Source: Candidatus Sysuimicrobiota bacterium
GTDB lineage: Bacteria > Sysuimicrobiota > Sysuimicrobiia > Sysuimicrobiales > Sysuimicrobiaceae
DNA length: 33,849 nucleotides
Reading direction: 5' to 3'
Assembly: GCA_040289515.1 (NCBI GenBank)
Contig: PSLI01000023.1
Span: 1-33,849, forward strand
Shown here: in pieces, positions 7,727 to 17,020 of the stretch
Position numbering within the stretch: position 1 is the stretch's first letter
Layout of the letters: each line of letters begins with the position of its first letter
The notes under the pieces: generated by a model
Databases searched by the model: none
What the model saw: only the letters and a program-made list of their open reading frames with translations
Told to the model about the DNA's origin: nothing
Program-made: the position numbers and the translations under genes

Positions 7727-9922
7727 ATGAAGAGCCTCTCCTCTGCCCGCCGGACCTGGCGGGTGCACCCGGCCCTGCGCGCGGCCCTGCAGGCCCCGCG
7801 GCGGCCAGCGCCCGCGGGGTTCGAGCCGTCGCCCTTCCAGCTGCAGGCGCTGGAGGCGGTGCGGCGGGGCGACGTTCTGGTGGAGGCTCCCACGGGTAGC
7901 GGGAAGACGTGGATTGCAGAGCAGGCCATCCGAGAAGCAATGGCGGGCGGGCAGAGGTGCTGGTACACCACGCCCCTTAAGGCGCTGTCGAACCAGAAGC
8001 ACCGCCGGTTCTGCGGCCTGTACGGGGAGGATCGCGTGGGGCTCCTTACCGGGGAGCGGCGGGTGCGACCGGAAGCGCCGGTGGTGGTGGCCACCACGGA
8101 GGTGCTGCGAAACACCCTTTACGACCCGGACCAGCCCCCCGACCTGGTGGTGCTCGATGAGGCCCACTACCTGGCGGACCCGGAGCGGGGGACGGCGTGG
8201 GAGGAGGTGATTCTGTACACCCCGGCCCATACGAGGCTGTTGTTGCTGTCCGCCACGCTGCCCAACGTGGCCGAGCTGGCCGACTGGATGGGCCAGGTGC
8301 GTGGCCGCCGACCTGCGGTGGTGACCGAACGGGTGCGGCCGGTGCCGCTGGAGTTTTTGGCCGCGGACGCCTCAGGGCGTTTAGTGCCCTTGAGGGTGGC
8401 CGCTGCGGAGGATCGTCGGCCTCGGGAGTGGGCTGCGGCGGTGATGGCCAGCTTGGAGGAGGCCGGGCTGCTGCCGGCCATCTTCTTCTTCCCGGCCCGG
8501 CGGCTATGCGACGAAGCGGTGCGGCTGCTGGGCCGCCGTCCCGCGCCGGGCGAGGGGGAACGCCGGGAGGCCTGGGGGCGGTGGGAGGAGGAGTTTCCGC
8601 ACCTGGGGGGGCACCCCTTCCGGACGGTGCTGGTGCGGTCCGGGGTGGCACCGCACCACGCGGGCCATACCACCGCGTGGCGCATGGCGGTGGAGGACCT
8701 GCTGGAGAAGGGGCTCTTGCGAGCCGTGGCCGCCACCACCACATTGGCCGCGGGCCTGGATGTCCCTGCCCGCACCGTGGTCCTGAGCACCTTGGTACGG
8801 AACAGCCCGGAGGGCATGGTGTACCTGTCGGCCACGGAGTTCCACCAGATGGCTGGGCGTGCGGGGCGTCGGGGTCGGGACACGGTGGGGTTCGTGGTGG
8901 TCCCCGCCCTGGACCCGGACGAGCTGGCGCAGGCGGAGGCCCTGGTGGGCTCCGGCCCGGAACCCATCCGCTCCGCCTTCACCCCTACCTACTCCCTCGT
9001 CCTGAATCTCTTGCGCACCAAGCCCGTGGAGGTGGCCGTGGCGGAGCTGGATCGGTCCCTGGCCGCGCACCAGCGCCGGCACCAGGCCGCGGAGCTGCGG
9101 CGACGCCTGGAGGCGCTGGGTCCAGACCCCATGGTGGATCGCCCGTGCGGCGACCGGCTGTACACCCGCGTCCGGTACGAGCGAATGGTGGAACGGCCTG
9201 GGCCCCATGGAAACGAACTGGCTCGATGGCCGTGCCGGACGTGTCCGGTGGAGGCGCGCTGCCTGCACACCCTGGAAGCACTCCGGCGGCTGGAGCGGGA
9301 GCGGTCGCGGCTGCGCCGGCAGCTGCTGCAGCTGGAGGGGGAGTTACGGGAGATTTTCCTGGCCCGGACGAGGGTGCTGCAGCGCTTGGGCTACCTGGAT
9401 GAGCAGGTGCGCCCTACCCCGGAGGGTGAGTGGGCCGCGCGGCTGCGCCACCCGAGGTGCCTGGTGCTCGCCGAGCTGGTGCGCCGGGGGCAGCTGCCCA
9501 CGCAGCCGGACCGGCTGTGCGCCTACGCCGCGGCCCTCAGCACCGAGCGGGCGCCCAAGCTGGGGCAGCAGGCAGGGGTCGAGCTGTTGGCCCAGCTGGT
9601 GGCGGCCATCGCGGAGGTGGAAGCACAAGAAGCGCTGCAGCTGGACGAGCTGCTGCAGGAGTTCCGGCCGCAGTGGGACCGGGCGCTCCGAAGAGTGGTG
9701 CCCAGCAGTGCCGATCGGCGGGCGTGGGCGGCGCAGGCCTGGAGCCGGGGAGCGGACTTCCAGGCTCTGTGTCAAGAACTGGACGTGCCGGAAGGAGACC
9801 TGCAGCGCATCCTGCTGCAGGCGGCGGAGGTGTGCAACCAGCTGGCGGAGCTGCCGCAGGCGGATGTAGCCCGCGCAGCAGCGCAAGCCCGGGACCGGCT
9901 GTTGCGGCCCCCCGTGGTGTAA
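7727..9922 (+). CDS. Ski2-like (HelY-type) SF2 DExH RNA helicase
   Basis: APTGSGKT, TTPLKALSNQK, LDEAH, LSAT, HHAG, TLAAGLDVPARTVV and QMAGRAGRRG motifs; DSHCT-like C-terminus EGDLQR; start at ATG 7727 (7715/7718 also possible). Confidence 0.9.
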   Translation: MKSLSSARRTWRVHPALRAALQAPRRPAPAGFEPSPFQLQALEAVRRGDVLVEAPTGSGKTWIAEQAIREAMAGGQRCWYTTPLKALSNQKHRRFCGLYGEDRVGLLTGERRVRPEAPVVVATTEVLRNTLYDPDQPPDLVVLDEAHYLADPERGTAWEEVILYTPAHTRLLLLSATLPNVAELADWMGQVRGRRPAVVTERVRPVPLEFLAADASGRLVPLRVAAAEDRRPREWAAAVMASLEEAGLLPAIFFFPARRLCDEAVRLLGRRPAPGEGERREAWGRWEEEFPHLGGHPFRTVLVRSGVAPHHAGHTTAWRMAVEDLLEKGLLRAVAATTTLAAGLDVPARTVVLSTLVRNSPEGMVYLSATEFHQMAGRAGRRGRDTVGFVVVPALDPDELAQAEALVGSGPEPIRSAFTPTYSLVLNLLRTKPVEVAVAELDRSLAAHQRRHQAAELRRRLEALGPDPMVDRPCGDRLYTRVRYERMVERPGPHGNELARWPCRTCPVEARCLHTLEALRRLERERSRLRRQLLQLEGELREIFLARTRVLQRLGYLDEQVRPTPEGEWAARLRHPRCLVLAELVRRGQLPTQPDRLCAYAAALSTERAPKLGQQAGVELLAQLVAAIAEVEAQEALQLDELLQEFRPQWDRALRRVVPSSADRRAWAAQAWSRGADFQALCQELDVPEGDLQRILLQAAEVCNQLAELPQADVARAAAQARDRLLRPPVV

Positions 9923-9926
9923 GCGC

Positions 9927-11237
<1,311 letters not shown>

Positions 11238-11287
11238 CTGGCCCTCCTTGTGGATGTGGGACTAGCGAGTCGGGGACCGAAGGTGGG

Positions 11288-11467
11288 TCAGGAGGCGTCC
11301 GGCAGCGCCGCAAGCTGCGCGTCCAGCTCGCCCAGCGCCGCGCAGGCCCCGCAGTAAGCGGTCCCCTCGGGGGTGTACGCGCAGCCCGGGCAGCAGGGCG
11401 CGCCGCAGCTCTGGCACGTCCACGCCTCGAACCAACGCACCGTCCGTCCGCACCAGCAGGTCGTCAT
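11288..11467 (-). CDS. Small Cys-rich (B-box/Zn-finger-like) protein, 59 aa
   Basis: MTTCWCGRTVRWFEAWTCQSCGAPCCPGCAYTPEGTAYCGACAALGELDAQLAALPDAS; 9 Cys in CxC/CxxC pairs; GAGGTG RBS 6 nt before ATG 11467. Confidence 0.7.
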   Translation of the reverse strand: MTTCWCGRTVRWFEAWTCQSCGAPCCPGCAYTPEGTAYCGACAALGELDAQLAALPDAS

Positions 11468-11524
11468 GGCCATCACCTCGCCTTCACTGTGCGCTGCCCG
11501 CAGGGCCGGCCTCCACGGACGGGC

Positions 11525-11555
11525 GACCAACGTCCTCCGTTGGGGGCTGAACGGT
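11525..11555 (-). promoter_or_regulatory. Putative LytTR operator: imperfect 10-bp direct repeat with 11-bp spacer
   Basis: Minus strand ACCGTTCAGC-N11-GACGTTGGTC (21-bp period), similar to the AlgR-type ACCGTTCGTC site; lies ~33 nt upstream of a CACAGT -10-like hexamer for the Cys-rich gene/aceA. Confidence 0.5.
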
Positions 11556-11617
11556 TTAAAAACGCTGATGACCAACCCGCCCGGGGGGGCCGTAAGATAA
11601 ACAAGGTTGATCGGTCG

Positions 11618-12325
11618 CTAGAGGTGGAGCAGCAGCCGCAGGGCGCGGGCGGCGGAGCGGCTCACGGGGATCTCGGTCCCGCGATCGTCGTCCAGCTTGA
11701 GGAGCAGGGTGCCCGAGAAATACGGGTGCACCTCCCGCACGCAGTCCAGGTTGACCAGGTAACTGCGGTGCACCCGAAGGAACTGTGCCGGCGGCAGGCG
11801 GCGCTGCAACTGGCCTACGTTGCAGGTGGCCTCCACGGTGCCGTGGCGGGTTACCACCCGACAGCTGTCTCCCTGCGCCTGCACGTACAGGATGTCGGAG
11901 GGGTCCAGGAGCACTGCGTGGTCCGCGGTGGGCACCGCCACCCGGGAGGGCTGGGCGGGCTCCTCCTGCAGGAGCCGCTCCAGAGTCCTGCGCAGGCGGG
12001 AGCGATCCACGGGCTTGAGCAGGTAGTCGAAGGCCGCGGCCTCAAAGGCCTCGAGGGCGTGGTCCTCGAACCCTGACACCAGCACCACCCGGGGCCTGCG
12101 CGGCAGGCGGGAAAGGCTGTGCAACAGGTCCAGCCCGGACAGGCCCGGCATCCGGATATCCAGGAACATGGCGTCGATGGGCCCCTGGCGCAGGCGCTCC
12201 AGGGCGGCCTCAGCGGAGTCCGCGACCTCCACGGCCTCCTGTCCTTCCTCCCGCAACAGCTCTTGCAGGTACCGGCGGGCCTCCGGGTCGTCGTCCACCA
12301 CCAGCAGCCTCAGCCGGCCGGTCAC
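11618..12325 (-). CDS. LytTR-family response regulator
   Basis: REC (LLVVDDD, FLDIRMPGLSG, DYLLKP) plus LytTR (FLRVHRSYLVN, IPVSR); GTG start overlaps the kinase TGA (GTGA). Confidence 0.93.
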   Translation of the reverse strand: MTGRLRLLVVDDDPEARRYLQELLREEGQEAVEVADSAEAALERLRQGPIDAMFLDIRMPGLSGLDLLHSLSRLPRRPRVVLVSGFEDHALEAFEAAAFDYLLKPVDRSRLRRTLERLLQEEPAQPSRVAVPTADHAVLLDPSDILYVQAQGDSCRVVTRHGTVEATCNVGQLQRRLPPAQFLRVHRSYLVNLDCVREVHPYFSGTLLLKLDDDRGTEIPVSRSAARALRLLLHL

Positions 12326-13458
12326 GACGCGCCCTCCACGCGGCGGGGAAGCCACACGGTCGCACGGGTCCCGCGGCCTTCCTCGCTCTCTACCCGGAGC
12401 CCCGCCGCCTCCCCGTAGATGGCGCGCAGCCGCCGCTGCACGTTAAACAGCCCGATGCCCAACCCCGACCCTACACCTCGCTCTGTGATCAGTTGGAGGC
12501 GGCCCCGGGGGATGCCTACCCCGTCGTCCTGCACCACCAGAATGAGGTCTTCCCCCTGCGCCCGGGCGCGCACCCACACCGTGCCGGAACCCGTCTTCGG
12601 CTCCACCCCGTGCACCACCGCGTTTTCCACCAGGGGCTGCAGGGTAAGCACGGGGACCAGCTGGCCCAGCAAGTCCGCGGGCACGTCGATATGAACCCGC
12701 AGGCGAGGGCCCAGGCGAGCCTGCTCGATGGCCAGGTACTGCTCCACGTACCACAACTCCTCCTCCAGGGTGCAGAACTCCCCGTGGGACCGCAAAGCGT
12801 GGCGCAGGAACTCCGCAAAGTCCGTGAGCAGCCGGCGTGCGCGCTCGGGGTCCCGCCCCACCACCGCGGCCACGGCATGCAGGGTGTTGAACACGAAGTG
12901 GGGTGAGATCTCCGCCCGCAGAGCCCGCAGTTCCTCCCGGGTGAGGCGTTCCACCTCCGCCTCCAGAAGGGCCAGCTCCAGCTGCGCGCCCAGCAGGTCG
13001 CCCACCAGGGCCGCACCGTCCACCACGTCCGGGGGGAAAGGCCGGCCGTCGGTCCGGTAGAACTTGAGGGCGGCCGGGACCATGCCGCGCACGCGAAGGG
13101 GAACCACCAGGGCCGCGGTCAACGGGCAGCGAGTCTCCGGGCAGCCGATCCCCTCTCGGGTGTGGGCCACCTCCACCCGGCCGGTGCGGAGCACCCGCTT
13201 GGTGAGTTCCGTGGTGACGGGCTGACCGGGCACGTGGTGGTCTTCCCCCGCACCCACGAAGGCCAGCACCTGGGCGCGGCCCACGAGAGCCACAGCATCC
13301 GCTCCCACCGCGTCCCGCAGCATGCGGGCCACCTCGGCCGCGGCCTCCCGGGTAAGGCCGCGGCGGAAGACGTCGCGGGCCTGCCGGACGGTTTCCACCA
13401 GCCTCTGAAGGGCAGGACCGCGAAGCGCTCGTGGGAGTCCGTCCACCACCCGTCCCAT
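12322..13458 (-). CDS. LytS/YehU-family histidine kinase, soluble (GAF + His_kinase + HATPase, no TM region)
   Basis: GAGEDHH GAF motif; ELRALRAEISPHFVFNTL H-box; LEEEL..VEQYLAIEQARLG; LQPLVENAVVHG; DDGVGI; GIGLFNV. Confidence 0.9.
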   Translation of the reverse strand: MGRVVDGLPRALRGPALQRLVETVRQARDVFRRGLTREAAAEVARMLRDAVGADAVALVGRAQVLAFVGAGEDHHVPGQPVTTELTKRVLRTGRVEVAHTREGIGCPETRCPLTAALVVPLRVRGMVPAALKFYRTDGRPFPPDVVDGAALVGDLLGAQLELALLEAEVERLTREELRALRAEISPHFVFNTLHAVAAVVGRDPERARRLLTDFAEFLRHALRSHGEFCTLEEELWYVEQYLAIEQARLGPRLRVHIDVPADLLGQLVPVLTLQPLVENAVVHGVEPKTGSGTVWVRARAQGEDLILVVQDDGVGIPRGRLQLITERGVGSGLGIGLFNVQRRLRAIYGEAAGLRVESEEGRGTRATVWLPRRVEGAS

Positions 13459-13569
13459 CAACAACGCTCCCTGCGCTACCAGAATACCGTGCGCGCGGCT
13501 GCCCCGGAGTGTGGGTTTTTTATTCACCGGCGCAAGGAACTCAGCGGCACCAGCTCGAAGGCAGCGTGC

Positions 13570-14388
13570 ATGACGCAGGCCTCTGGCGAGCGCACGTTCG
13601 GGTTCGAGAAATTCAGCAGCCACGGCTTCTTCCGCGAGGTCAACCGCTGGCTGGTGGAGCACGTCGGTATCCGGCCGGGAGACGTGGTGGTGGACCTGGG
13701 CTGCGGACCCGGGGCGGTTACGGAGCTCATCTTGGAGCACGTGAAACCTGAGGCGGGCGGCGTCGTGGTTGCCATCGATCCCTCCCGTTCGGCCCTGGAA
13801 GTGGCCCGCAAGCGGGTGCGGTCCGCCGTGGTGCGCTTCCTGGAGGGTACGGCGGAGCGGCTCAGTCAGCTGGTTCCCGCCGCGGACGTGGTGCTGTTCT
13901 GCAACGCCATCCACTTGGTGCAGGACAAGGTGGCGGTGGTGCGGGAGGTGCTGGCGGTGCTGCGCCCGGGCGGCGTGTTTGCCTTCAACACCACCTTCTT
14001 TGAGGGCGCCTACCCGCCAGAGACCGTGCGCTTCTACAAGCTGTGGATGCTGCGGGCGGTGCGATACCTCAGGGAGCGGGGCCTGGAGGTGGCGCGGGGC
14101 GTGAAGGCCACCGCCATGCGGTGGCTGTCGCCCGAAGAGTACCAGGCCCTGCTGCGGACCTACGGGTTCGCGGATGTCCGGGTCCATCTGCAGCGCCAGG
14201 AGCTGTCCTGCCAGAGCCTGGAGGACATCAGCGAATTCTCCCTGTTCATCGAGGGCGCCCTGCCTGGAGTGCCCCTGCAGGAGGCCTCCGAGGCGCTAAA
14301 GCTGGGCGTCCGCCAGGCCTTCCAGGAGCTGGCCCTGGCCGCGGTCCCCCGCAACTGGCTGCAGGTGATAGCCCGCCGCGCAGGCTGA
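13570..14388 (+). CDS. Class I SAM-dependent methyltransferase
   Basis: VVVDLGCGPG, VVAIDPS and VLRPGGVFAF motifs. Confidence 0.88.
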   Translation: MTQASGERTFGFEKFSSHGFFREVNRWLVEHVGIRPGDVVVDLGCGPGAVTELILEHVKPEAGGVVVAIDPSRSALEVARKRVRSAVVRFLEGTAERLSQLVPAADVVLFCNAIHLVQDKVAVVREVLAVLRPGGVFAFNTTFFEGAYPPETVRFYKLWMLRAVRYLRERGLEVARGVKATAMRWLSPEEYQALLRTYGFADVRVHLQRQELSCQSLEDISEFSLFIEGALPGVPLQEASEALKLGVRQAFQELALAAVPRNWLQVIARRAG

Positions 14389-14399
14389 CCCTGGCGCGA

Positions 14400-14422
14400 A
14401 GCCGCGGACTTGGGTCCCGGTT
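14400..14422. terminator. Hairpin between the convergent methyltransferase and csp genes, possible terminator
   Basis: AGCCGCGGAC-TTGG-GTCCCGGTT imperfect stem; no clear U-tract. Confidence 0.3.
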
Positions 14423-14439
14423 GTCAGCCGCTCGGTGGG

Positions 14440-14646
14440 TTAGCCGATGACGCGGACGTTGGAGGCCTGGGGGCCCTTCTGACCCTGCGTGACCTCGAAC
14501 TCCACCTTCTGGCCTTCCTGGAGGTTCCGGTATCCCTCCCCCACGATGGCAGTGTAGTGGACGAACACGTCCTTGCTTCCGTCGTCGGGGGTGATGAAAC
14601 CGTACCCCTTCTCCGGGCTGAACCACTTCACGGTTCCCCGCGGCAT
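14440..14646 (-). CDS. cspA: Cold-shock protein (CspA family)
   Basis: [31 protein letters not shown]...GPQASNV (RNP1/RNP2 motifs); GGAGGAG RBS. Confidence 0.96.
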   Translation of the reverse strand: MPRGTVKWFSPEKGYGFITPDDGSKDVFVHYTAIVGEGYRNLQEGQKVEFEVTQGQKGPQASNVRVIG

Positions 14647-14691
14647 CCTGCTCCTCCGTGCCGTTCTGCCCCGCTGGGGCGGGACAGGCCC

Positions 14692-14720
14692 ATCATCGGC
14701 TAGCCCTTCCGCTTTGTCAA
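14692..14720 (-). promoter_or_regulatory. Sigma70-type promoter of csp
   Basis: Minus strand TTGACA-N17-GATGAT. Confidence 0.6.
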
Positions 14721-14765
14721 CCGGCTTGCAAGGAACCGGCGCCGAGGCCTCGAAAGCAACCACAG

Positions 14766-15911
14766 ATGCGCTGTCCCCTGGTGTATAGCCCCGAGTGCCG
14801 CCAGTATGACTTCGGCGGTGGACATCCCCTGAACCCCCTGCGCCTGGAGCTAGCCACGGATCTTATGCGGGAGCTCGGCTTGCTAGACCGCCACGGGGTG
14901 GTGCCGCCCCGCCCGGCCACGGAGGAGGAGCTGCAGTGGGTGCACGCCCCAGAATACGTGGCCGCGGTGCGCACCCTCAGCCAGCGCCCCGACCATCCCC
15001 TGCTGAGTCGTCTGTACGGGTTCGGTCCGGGCGACAACCCGCCCTTTGCGGGCATGCACGAGGCCGCTGCCACCATCGTGGGCGGTGCGCTGGTGGCGGC
15101 ACAGGGAATCGCCTCCGGGGCCTTCCTGCACGCCTTCCACGTGTCCGGGGGCCTGCACCACGCGCAACGGGCCCACGCCAGCGGGTTCTGCGTGTACAAC
15201 GACGTGGCCGTGGCCTGCGAGCTCTTCCGCCGACGCGGCTGGAGAGTCCTGTACGTGGACGCGGACGCCCATCATGGGGACGGGACCCAGGCCTTGTTCT
15301 ACGACACGGACCAGGTGCTGACCGTTTCCCTGCACGAGACGGGCCGGTACCTGTTTCCGGGCACGGGGGAGCCTGAGGAGCTGGGCGAGGGGTGCGGCTA
15401 CGGGTTCAGCGTCAACGTGCCCCTGCTGCCCCTCACGGACGACGCCTCGTGGGGGGAGTGCTTCGAGTGCGTGGTGCCGCCCGTGGCGCGGGCGTTCCGC
15501 CCGGACGTGATCGTCAGCCAGCACGGCTGCGACACGCACCGCCGCGACCCCCTCACGGACCTGGCCTGCAGCCTGTACACCGCGGAGTACTTCGCTCGCC
15601 GCGTGCACGAGCTGAGCCATGAGCTGTGCGGGGGCCGATGGTTGGCCACGGGAGGCGGTGGGTACGACCTCTGGCTCACGGTGCCCCGCGCCTGGACCCT
15701 GGTGTACGGCGTGGTCTCGCACCAGGAGGTGCCGGAGGAGGTGCCGGAGGGCTGGCGGCGGCGGTGGGCGCCGCAGGCACCCTTGGAGCTGCCCCGCCGC
15801 ATGCGGGAGGAGCCCTCCTCGGACGCGCCCGCCGCCGTGCGGGTCCACAACCTCCGTACCGCGCAGGAGGTGGCGCGCCGCGTGCTGGAGCTGTTGGGGA
15901 GCCGAGCCTGA
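14766..15911 (+). CDS. acuC: Acetoin utilization protein AcuC / Zn-dependent lysine deacetylase (HDAC family)
   Basis: [57 protein letters not shown] and GGGGY motifs. Confidence 0.9.
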   Translation: MRCPLVYSPECRQYDFGGGHPLNPLRLELATDLMRELGLLDRHGVVPPRPATEEELQWVHAPEYVAAVRTLSQRPDHPLLSRLYGFGPGDNPPFAGMHEAAATIVGGALVAAQGIASGAFLHAFHVSGGLHHAQRAHASGFCVYNDVAVACELFRRRGWRVLYVDADAHHGDGTQALFYDTDQVLTVSLHETGRYLFPGTGEPEELGEGCGYGFSVNVPLLPLTDDASWGECFECVVPPVARAFRPDVIVSQHGCDTHRRDPLTDLACSLYTAEYFARRVHELSHELCGGRWLATGGGGYDLWLTVPRAWTLVYGVVSHQEVPEEVPEGWRRRWAPQAPLELPRRMREEPSSDAPAAVRVHNLRTAQEVARRVLELLGSRA

Positions 15912-15926
15912 AGTCCGGACCGGGGT

Positions 15927-16499
15927 TCAGCGCCCCAGGTGGTGGTACTCTGGGTTCGGGTGCCAGCCGAGGGCGTTCGCCAGCCGGTTGGTGAAGTTGA
16001 ACATGGCCGCCACTTGGGCGATGTCGAAAATCTCCTCGTCCGTCCAGCCCACCGCGCGCAGGGCCTGTAGGTCCGCCTCCGCCATGCGGTGGGGTTCCGT
16101 GGTGAGCTTGGCTGCGAAGTCCAGCATGGCACGGTCCTTAGGGTTCAGGGCCGCGTGGCGGTAGTCCGTGGCCAGGGTGTCGGCCAGCACGGGATCCTCC
16201 GTGAGCAGCCGCAGGGCGGCCCCGTGGCTGGTGGAGCAGTAGTGGCACCGGTTGAGGGACGAGACCACCACCGCGATCATCTCCCGCTGCACCTTCGTGA
16301 GGTTGGAGGGGCCCCGCATGAGGTAGTCGTAGTACTGCCACCAGCGCAGGCAGTGCTCCGGCCGCGCCGCGAAGATGCGGAACACATTGGGGAAGAACCC
16401 CAGTCGCTGCACGGAGGGTTGCGCCAGCTCGCGGATGGCTTCCGGGAGGTCCTCCGCCTCGGGGACCGACACCCACGCCAGCCTTCCGTCGCCCGCCAC
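15927..16499 (-). CDS. Peroxidase-related AhpD/CMD-like protein
   Basis: LGFFPNVF, REMIAVVVSSLNRCHYC..SHG and MFNFTNRLANALG motifs. Confidence 0.88.
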   Translation of the reverse strand: MAGDGRLAWVSVPEAEDLPEAIRELAQPSVQRLGFFPNVFRIFAARPEHCLRWWQYYDYLMRGPSNLTKVQREMIAVVVSSLNRCHYCSTSHGAALRLLTEDPVLADTLATDYRHAALNPKDRAMLDFAAKLTTEPHRMAEADLQALRAVGWTDEEIFDIAQVAAMFNFTNRLANALGWHPNPEYHHLGR

Positions 16500-16503
16500 C
16501 GCC

Positions 16504-16854
16504 TCAGCCCCGCGGGAAGGCCTCGTACAGGCGGTCCGTCTTGGCCGCCATCACGAAGTCGTTCCGGTGCAGCCCCCGGATCTTGTGAGTCCACCAGGTG
16601 ACCGTCACCCTGCCCCACTCCGTGAGCAGGGCGGGATGGTGCCCCTCCTGCTCCGCCAACTCCCCCACCTGCTGGGTGAAGCGCAGGGCCTCGGCGAAGT
16701 TCCGGAAGGTGAAGGTGCGCTCCAGGCGGGCCACGCCGTCGCGCTCCCCCACCCGCCAGGCTGGCACCTCCCGCTGCAGCTCGGCCACCTCCGCCTCCGA
16801 AAGGGGCAGCTCTCCACCCCGGCAGGGGACGCACCGCATCTCCGCCAGACCCAT
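16504..16854 (-). CDS. phhB: Pterin-4-alpha-carbinolamine dehydratase
   Basis: CVPCRGG N-terminus; [18 protein letters not shown] and [21 protein letters not shown] motifs. Confidence 0.92.
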   Translation of the reverse strand: MGLAEMRCVPCRGGELPLSEAEVAELQREVPAWRVGERDGVARLERTFTFRNFAEALRFTQQVGELAEQEGHHPALLTEWGRVTVTWWTHKIRGLHRNDFVMAAKTDRLYEAFPRG

Positions 16855-17020
16855 GGGATCCCTGATTAGGGTACCACAGGATGCCACGGCGGCGGACATA
16901 AACTCGGACTATCCGTGGCATAGCGGGCGTCGATTGGAAAGCGTGCAGAGGAGGTGCTAGGTTGGGGTCGTGGGGACCGCAGAACAGGCGGGATCCAGCC
17001 GGGGTCGGAGGGAAGCGGCC

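Noticed and set aside
7727..9922. Helicase as an anti-phage defence component or Cas3
   Set aside because: It has HelY/Ski2 housekeeping motifs, no HD or nuclease domain, and no cas or defence genes or repeat arrays nearby
13459..13569. Known SAM or SAH riboswitch upstream of the methyltransferase
   Set aside because: Consensus cores are not recognisable; the GAGCGTTG on the minus strand coincides with the lytS RBS region
12322..14187. Long N-terminal extensions given by the ORF track (621-aa kinase; likewise 477-aa GTPase, 641-aa permease, 650-aa glycosyltransferase)
   Set aside because: The extensions overlap neighbouring real genes; internal starts with an RBS or stop-start coupling fit the family domain boundaries
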